From Nonlabens ponticola (GTDB taxonomy: Bacteria; Bacteroidota; Bacteroidia; Flavobacteriales; Flavobacteriaceae): a stretch of DNA of 32,000 nt. The translations under genes were made by a program, and so were the position numbers. Shown piece after piece: positions 26,425-32,000 of this stretch. The DNA is taken from NCBI RefSeq assembly GCF_003966335.1, contig NZ_CP034549.1, positions 30,001-62,000 of the forward strand, read 5' to 3'. The notes under the pieces were generated by a model. That model did no database searches. It was given only the letters and a program-made list of their open reading frames with translations, and was not told where the DNA came from. Position 1 is the stretch's first letter. Every line of letters starts with the position of its first letter.

Positions 26425-27894
26425 ATGGAAAAGATTATTGAAGAAGAAAAACAGGGAACTACTGTCGCCGTAGCACCCAAAAGTGAGAACAAACGCAAGC
26501 TTTATATAGAAAGTTACGGCTGCCAGATGAACTTTGCAGACAGTGAGGTCGTGGCATCCATTATGGCAACGCAAGGATTTAATACTACAAATGTACTTGA
26601 GGACGCAGACCTTGTGCTGGTCAATACTTGCAGCATACGCGACAAGGCAGAACAAACCGTGCGCAAACGACTGGAAAAGTACAATCGCGTGAAGCGCAAG
26701 TCTAATCCCAACATGAAAGTTGGCGTGCTGGGCTGCATGGCAGAGCGTCTTAAATCCAAGTTCTTGGAAGAGGAAAAAATCGTGGACATGGTCGTAGGGC
26801 CAGATGCCTACAAGGATTTACCAAACCTTTTGACTGAAATTGACGAAGGACGTGACGCGGTCAACGTTATATTGAGTAAAGACGAGACTTATGGCGATAT
26901 CGCGCCGGTACGTTTAAATACTAATGGTGTCACTGCATTTGTTTCCATTACTCGTGGTTGTGATAATATGTGCACTTTTTGCGTGGTACCTTTTACCAGA
27001 GGTCGCGAGCGCAGCCGCGATCCATACTCTATACTTGAAGAGGTAAACGATCTATGGGATAAAGGATTTAAGGAAGTAACCTTATTGGGTCAAAATGTAG
27101 ATTCATACTTATGGTACGGTGGCGGTCTCAAAAAGGACTTTAAAAAAGCCAGTAAAATGGCCAAGGCAACCGCGGTAGATTTTGCCCAGCTATTACATAA
27201 GGTGGCCAATGCGCAACCTAATATGCGCGTACGTTTCTCAACGAGCAATCCACAAGATATAAGCGATGATGTGCTACACGCAATTGCCGCACATCGTAAC
27301 ATTTGTAATTACATTCACCTGCCCGTACAATCTGGTAGCGATCGCATATTAAAAGAAATGAACAGGCTTCACACTCGTGAAGAGTACATGAGACTTATTG
27401 ATCGCGTTCACGCCATCATTCCTAATTGTGCGATATCACAAGATATGATTGCCGGTTTCCCTACTGAGACCGAAGAAGACCATAAGGATACCTTAAGCCT
27501 GATGGAATATGTGAAATATGACTACGGTTTTATGTTTGCCTATTCTGAAAGACCAGGAACCATGGCAGCACGCAAGATGGAAGACGATGTGCCAGAAGAT
27601 GTGAAAAAGCGAAGACTCAACGAGATCATTGCGGTGCAGCGTCGTACGGGTCATGAACGTGCTCAGTTTTTTGTAGGTAAAACTGTTGAATGCCTTATTG
27701 AAAAGGAATCAAAGAAATCACCCGATGAATGGGCTGGTCGCAACACCCAAAATTATGTGGCTGTATTCCCTAAAGAGAATTATAAGGTAGGCGATTATGT
27801 AATGGTGAAAATTACAGATTGTACCAGTGCAACCTTAATAGGTGAAGCTGTTGGTTATAGCGATATGGTAGGACCTACAACATTGGATCAATAA
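26425..27894 (+). CDS. miaB: tRNA (N6-isopentenyl-A37) methylthiotransferase MiaB
   Basis: The UPF0004 domain carries conserved Cys (YGCQMN, VNTCSIR). A radical-SAM CDNMCTFC (CxxxCxxC) motif and a C-terminal TRAM domain are present. The protein is 489 aa. Confidence 0.93.
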   Translation: MEKIIEEEKQGTTVAVAPKSENKRKLYIESYGCQMNFADSEVVASIMATQGFNTTNVLEDADLVLVNTCSIRDKAEQTVRKRLEKYNRVKRKSNPNMKVGVLGCMAERLKSKFLEEEKIVDMVVGPDAYKDLPNLLTEIDEGRDAVNVILSKDETYGDIAPVRLNTNGVTAFVSITRGCDNMCTFCVVPFTRGRERSRDPYSILEEVNDLWDKGFKEVTLLGQNVDSYLWYGGGLKKDFKKASKMAKATAVDFAQLLHKVANAQPNMRVRFSTSNPQDISDDVLHAIAAHRNICNYIHLPVQSGSDRILKEMNRLHTREEYMRLIDRVHAIIPNCAISQDMIAGFPTETEEDHKDTLSLMEYVKYDYGFMFAYSERPGTMAARKMEDDVPEDVKKRRLNEIIAVQRRTGHERAQFFVGKTVECLIEKESKKSPDEWAGRNTQNYVAVFPKENYKVGDYVMVKITDCTSATLIGEAVGYSDMVGPTTLDQ

Positions 27895-27896
27895 TT

Positions 27897-29183
27897 ATGG
27901 AAAGTGTACAAGCGGTCAAGCAACGATTTGAACTTATAGGTAACGACCCAGCATTTAATCGTGCGGTAGAAAAGGCATTGCAGGTAGCGCCTACTGATAT
28001 ATCGGTATTAGTAACTGGTGAAAGTGGTGTAGGTAAAGAGAGCATTCCGCGGATTATTCACTCGCAATCATTCCGCAAACATGCAAAGTATATTGCGGTC
28101 AACTGTGGTGCAATACCAGATGGGACGATTGATTCAGAGCTTTTTGGGCATGAGAAAGGTGCTTTTACAGGTGCGACTCAAACAAGATCAGGATATTTTG
28201 AGGTGGCAGATGGTGGTACCATTTTTCTAGATGAAGTAGGTGAATTACCGTTGCCTACCCAAGTGCGATTACTGCGTGTTCTAGAGAATGGTGAATTCCT
28301 TAAAGTAGGATCCTCGCAAACTCAAAAAACAGACGTCCGCATCGTGGCAGCGACTAATGTCAATATGTTTCAAGCGATAGAAGATGGTAAGTTCAGGGAA
28401 GACCTTTACTATCGTTTGAGTACGGTAGAAATTGAATTACCTCCGTTGCGTGATCGCAAAGGCGATATTCACTTACTATTCCGCAAGTTCGCGTCTGACT
28501 TTGCCAATAAATATAAGATGCCCACATTACGACTGGATGAACAAGCAGTAGGTCTGCTTACCAATTATCGCTGGAGCGGTAACATACGACAGCTGCGCAA
28601 CATTGCAGAACAGATAAGCGTTCTAGAAAAAGATCGAGACATTGATGCACGCACCTTGCAAAATTACCTGCCAGATGCTGGCAAAAATCTACCGGCTGTC
28701 ATTAATTCATCATCTAAGAAATCTGATAGTGAGTTTGCTAATGAGCGCGAGATACTTTACAAAGTGTTGTTTGACATGAAAAACGATCTAAACGATCTTA
28801 AAAAACTGACTAACGAGTTGATGACAAATGGTGTTGATCAAGATGTTCCAGAACAGAACAAGCAATTGATCAACAGATTATATGGCGAGGACGAGAATAG
28901 CTATGATTATGAAGAAGTCATCGATCAGGCCTATGAAGTAAGCCAAGAAGATACGCTACCTAAGCCTGCTACGCCAGTTCATAGCGAGGTGGAAACAACG
29001 ACAGATCGATATGATTTTGCTCAAGAGATTGAAGAAGAAGAATCTTTATCGTTAGTGGATAAAGAAATAGAATTAATCAAAAAATCACTGGCCAGACATC
29101 AAGGCAAACGCAAGGCAGCAGCAGATGATCTAGGAATTTCAGAACGAACCTTATACCGTAAAATAAAGCAATATGACTTATAG
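27897..29183 (+). CDS. Sigma-54-dependent transcriptional activator (bEBP) lacking an N-terminal sensory/receiver domain
   Basis: Walker A GESGVGKE sits at residues 41-48 and the GAFTGA loop (HEKGAFTGA) is present. Walker B is IFLDEVGEL and the R-finger region is REDLYYRL. A C-terminal Fis-type HTH is present (AAADDLGISERTLYRKIKQY). Confidence 0.9.
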   Translation: MESVQAVKQRFELIGNDPAFNRAVEKALQVAPTDISVLVTGESGVGKESIPRIIHSQSFRKHAKYIAVNCGAIPDGTIDSELFGHEKGAFTGATQTRSGYFEVADGGTIFLDEVGELPLPTQVRLLRVLENGEFLKVGSSQTQKTDVRIVAATNVNMFQAIEDGKFREDLYYRLSTVEIELPPLRDRKGDIHLLFRKFASDFANKYKMPTLRLDEQAVGLLTNYRWSGNIRQLRNIAEQISVLEKDRDIDARTLQNYLPDAGKNLPAVINSSSKKSDSEFANEREILYKVLFDMKNDLNDLKKLTNELMTNGVDQDVPEQNKQLINRLYGEDENSYDYEEVIDQAYEVSQEDTLPKPATPVHSEVETTTDRYDFAQEIEEEESLSLVDKEIELIKKSLARHQGKRKAAADDLGISERTLYRKIKQYDL

Positions 29184-29685
29184 AGGTTTTACCATTGCGT
29201 TTCTAATATTGGTAGCCACTCAACTCAACAGTTGTGGTTTCTATAGTTTATCGGGTGTTTCTATTCCAGATAATGTAAAGACTTTTGAAGCTCCATTTTT
29301 TCAAAATGTGGCGACTCAGGTAGAAGTAGGTATTGCAAGAGATTATACACTGGCGTTACAGGATCTTATACAAGATCAAAGCAGCTTGTCGCTAGTAACC
29401 AATAATGGTGATTACATATATCAAGGAGAAATAACTCGATACAACATCTCTCCTATTACTGCGACTGCAAACAACACAGCATCTCAAAACAGGCTAACTA
29501 TAGGAATCAACCTTAGGTTTACCAATACTAAAATTCCTGATGAGAGTTTTGAAAAAGGTTATAGCTTTTATCATGATTATCCAGCGGCAACCTTACTTCA
29601 AGGAGCTGCGCTGGAAGAAGCGCTCGATGTGATATTTACACAAATCACGCAGGAAATGTTCAATGATACATTGGCCAAATGGTAA
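29173..29685 (+). CDS. lptE: LPS-assembly lipoprotein LptE-like
   Basis: The protein is 170 aa with a lipobox (LNSCGFYSLSG). Its size and its conserved position before secG in Flavobacteriia fit LptE. It overlaps the upstream gene by 11 nt. Confidence 0.65.
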   Translation: MTYRGFTIAFLILVATQLNSCGFYSLSGVSIPDNVKTFEAPFFQNVATQVEVGIARDYTLALQDLIQDQSSLSLVTNNGDYIYQGEITRYNISPITATANNTASQNRLTIGINLRFTNTKIPDESFEKGYSFYHDYPAATLLQGAALEEALDVIFTQITQEMFNDTLAKW

Positions 29686-30509
29686 ACAAGGATCGACTTT
29701 ATACTGTCCTTGCTCAACCTGAACAGGTTCATGCAGATGATTTGCCATCGCTGGATCATGTAATAGAATCCTATCCGTATTTTCAAGCCGCTCGCAGTGT
29801 GCGGCTCAAATGCCTGCACAACAATAGCAGTTCTTTATATAATAAAGAGTTGCAGGCAACAGCTGCTCATACGGCAGATAGATCTGTTTTATTTGATTTT
29901 ATAACTAGTGAAGAGTTTTTGCAAAATCGCATAAGCGAGCAAATCAAGAAACGTCAAGACCATCTAGAATCTATCGAGGTAGATGCCGAAGAAATAGAAA
30001 TAGAAAGTACAGACCTCAACGCAGATACCGATTTTACGCAGGTGATTGATGTAGACCTATTTCAAAAAAAGGAATCCATAGTAGACCAGCCGCTCACCTT
30101 TTACAGCAATGAAAAATATAGCTTTACCGAGTGGCTGAGACTTACCCAACTCAAACCTATTGACCGAACTGAAGAAAAAAAGAAATCGTCTGCAGGTCAA
30201 AAAGCTACAAAGCCAGTAGATACCAGCAAGAAATTGCGCCAACGTCAAATGGAGAAGATTGATCAGTTCCTAGCTGATAAACCTAAAATCAAACCTCGTA
30301 AATCCAGTACGAGTGACACACCGCTGCAATTGTCAAATGACAACAGCAAACAACTAATGACTGAGACACTTGCACAGGTTTATCTCGCCCAAAAAAACTA
30401 TGAGAAAGCGATAAAATCCTATGAGATATTGATATTGCAGCATCCAGAAAAAAGTGGTTTCTTTGCAGACCGAATTCAGGAAATCAAAAACCTACAAAGT
30501 AATACTTAA
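29679..30509 (+). CDS. Hypothetical protein with a C-terminal TPR-like helix pair
   Basis: The protein is 276 aa with a charged, low-complexity middle. The C-terminus AQVYLAQKNYEKAIKSYEILILQHPEKSGFFADRIQEI resembles a single TPR. It overlaps lptE by 7 nt and abuts secG. Confidence 0.6.
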   Translation: MVNKDRLYTVLAQPEQVHADDLPSLDHVIESYPYFQAARSVRLKCLHNNSSSLYNKELQATAAHTADRSVLFDFITSEEFLQNRISEQIKKRQDHLESIEVDAEEIEIESTDLNADTDFTQVIDVDLFQKKESIVDQPLTFYSNEKYSFTEWLRLTQLKPIDRTEEKKKSSAGQKATKPVDTSKKLRQRQMEKIDQFLADKPKIKPRKSSTSDTPLQLSNDNSKQLMTETLAQVYLAQKNYEKAIKSYEILILQHPEKSGFFADRIQEIKNLQSNT

Positions 30510-30842
30510 ATGACTACGTTTTATATATTTCTAGGCCTTATCGTACTGGTAGCCTTTCTATTAGTTGTTGTGATTATGGTTCAAAACCCTAAAGGTGGTG
30601 GACTTTCTTCCAGCTTTGGAGGTGGTGGCACACAGCAATTAGGTGGTGTAAAAAAGACTGGAGACTTTCTAGACAAGAGTACTTGGGTACTTTCTACAGC
30701 ACTGTTGCTATTGATTCTTGCAGCAAGTACTTTCCTGATCAAGGAACGTCAAGGCAACACGATTCAAATCACAGATCCTAGCGCCGTTGAAACTCCTGTA
30801 ATCCCAGCAAACGATAACACCGTACTGCCAGAAACTGAATAG
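30510..30842 (+). CDS. secG: Preprotein translocase subunit SecG
   Basis: The protein is 110 aa. It has a TM helix followed by the conserved Q-N-P-K-GGG stretch (VIMVQNPKGGGLSSSFGGGG) and then a second TM helix. Confidence 0.88.
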   Translation: MTTFYIFLGLIVLVAFLLVVVIMVQNPKGGGLSSSFGGGGTQQLGGVKKTGDFLDKSTWVLSTALLLLILAASTFLIKERQGNTIQITDPSAVETPVIPANDNTVLPETE

Positions 30843-30863
30843 TACATTTCAACATATACTGAC

Positions 30864-30897
30864 AAAATATCCAGCTATACCAGCTGGATATTTTTTT
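30864..30897 (+). terminator. Rho-independent terminator after secG
   Basis: The sequence is atatccagct-atacc-agctggatat, a perfect 10-bp stem at 30867-30891. Flanking A:T pairs extend it, and it is followed by TTTTTTT. Confidence 0.8.
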
Positions 30898-30925
30898 ATA
30901 TGATGTTTTGTCAGCAAACATGGCG

Positions 30926-30940
30926 TGGCACGTTAATAGC
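30926..30940 (+). promoter_or_regulatory. Candidate sigma-54 (-24/-12) promoter upstream of groES
   Basis: TGGCACG-ttaa-TAGC compares with the consensus TGGCACG-N4-TTGC. The GG (30927-28) and GC (30939-40) have canonical spacing. The predicted TSS is near 30952, 27 nt before the groES ATG. No TAnnTTTG box lies in this spacer. Confidence 0.4.
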
Positions 30941-30978
30941 CTTACACAAGCATATTAATCAAATAAACATTTATTCAA

Positions 30979-31254
30979 ATGGCATTAAATATTCAACCTC
31001 TCTCAGATAGAGTTCTTGTCGAACCTATGGCCGCAGAACAAAAAACAGCGTCTGGTTTATACATTCCTGACACTGCTAAAGAGAAACCACAACAAGGTAA
31101 AGTGGTGGCTGTAGGTAAAGGGAAAAAGGATCACGATATGACTGTAAAAGTGGGTGACACCGTGCTTTATGGTAAGTATGGCGGCACAGAGTTAAAGCTG
31201 GATGGTAACGACTATTTAATGATGCGAGAAGATGATATTCTTGCAATCGTGTAG
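30979..31254 (+). CDS. groES: Co-chaperonin GroES
   Basis: The protein is 91 aa: [46 protein letters not shown]..., with a typical mobile loop and beta-barrel. Confidence 0.97.
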   Translation: MALNIQPLSDRVLVEPMAAEQKTASGLYIPDTAKEKPQQGKVVAVGKGKKDHDMTVKVGDTVLYGKYGGTELKLDGNDYLMMREDDILAIV

Positions 31255-31262
31255 ATAGATTG

Positions 31263-31284
31263 TTACGCTTTCGCGAAAGCGTAA
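31263..31284. repeat. Perfect 22-nt palindrome TTACGCTTTCGCGAAAGCGTAA in the groES-groEL spacer
   Basis: I checked the base pairing position by position, from 31263<->31284 through to 31273<->31274. Confidence 0.95.
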
Positions 31285-31336
31285 TCCCAAAAATCATTTA
31301 AACATAACATTTACAGGGCAGTAAGCTCTAACATAA

Positions 31337-32000
<664 letters not shown>

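Noticed and set aside
25865-26655. ORFs 25865-26257 (+, 130 aa) and 26395-26655 (-, 86 aa) in and around the topA-miaB spacer
   Set aside because: The first overlaps the topA start on the opposite strand and crosses the hairpin and repeat block. The second is antisense to miaB. Neither has credible protein features.
30843-30978. I looked for a CIRCE operator (TTAGCACTC-N9-GAGTGCTAA) or a sigma-32-type promoter upstream of groES
   Set aside because: No CIRCE-like inverted repeat is present. The only inverted repeat is the secG terminator, and the best promoter-like match is the sigma-54-type element reported above.

Overview
Chromosomal window from a low-GC Bacteroidota genome, almost certainly Flavobacteriia. 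Evidence: a gldK-gldL-gldM-gldN gliding/T9SS core operon, TTTG/TAnnTTTG-type promoter boxes, and topA with a Lys/Ala-rich tail. The left 6.8 kb is the 5' part of a giant minus-strand surface-adhesin gene. It is missing from the supplied ORF track because it runs off the window. About 4.4 kb of it is a nearly perfect 381-bp (127-codon) tandem array of ~57% G+C by my hand count, against ~39% in the adjacent paralogous repeat. Next come an initiator tRNA-Met and a PA2169/DUF2383-like gene. They are followed by an RND efflux operon (adaptor, permease, TolC-like OMF) with an untracked 59-codon CPXCG zinc-finger gene coupled to its end. Then come an ABC-F ATPase, an FAD oxidoreductase, gldN/M/L/K, an arginase-fold gene with degenerate metal ligands, and topA. 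Divergent from topA are miaB, a sensor-less sigma-54 activator, lptE, a TPR-like gene, secG, groES and the start of groEL. The most unusual observations are: (i) the GC-rich homogenised repeat array with a sharp compositional junction; (ii) a 12-22 nt palindrome built on CTTTCGCGAAAG that occurs 7 times in ~27 kb, in intergenic DNA and in frame in three CDSs; (iii) a near-consensus sigma-54 -24/-12 element in front of groES. I saw no transposase, integrase, CRISPR array, toxin-antitoxin pair or recognisable defence gene. All product calls rest on motif recognition by eye, not on searches.
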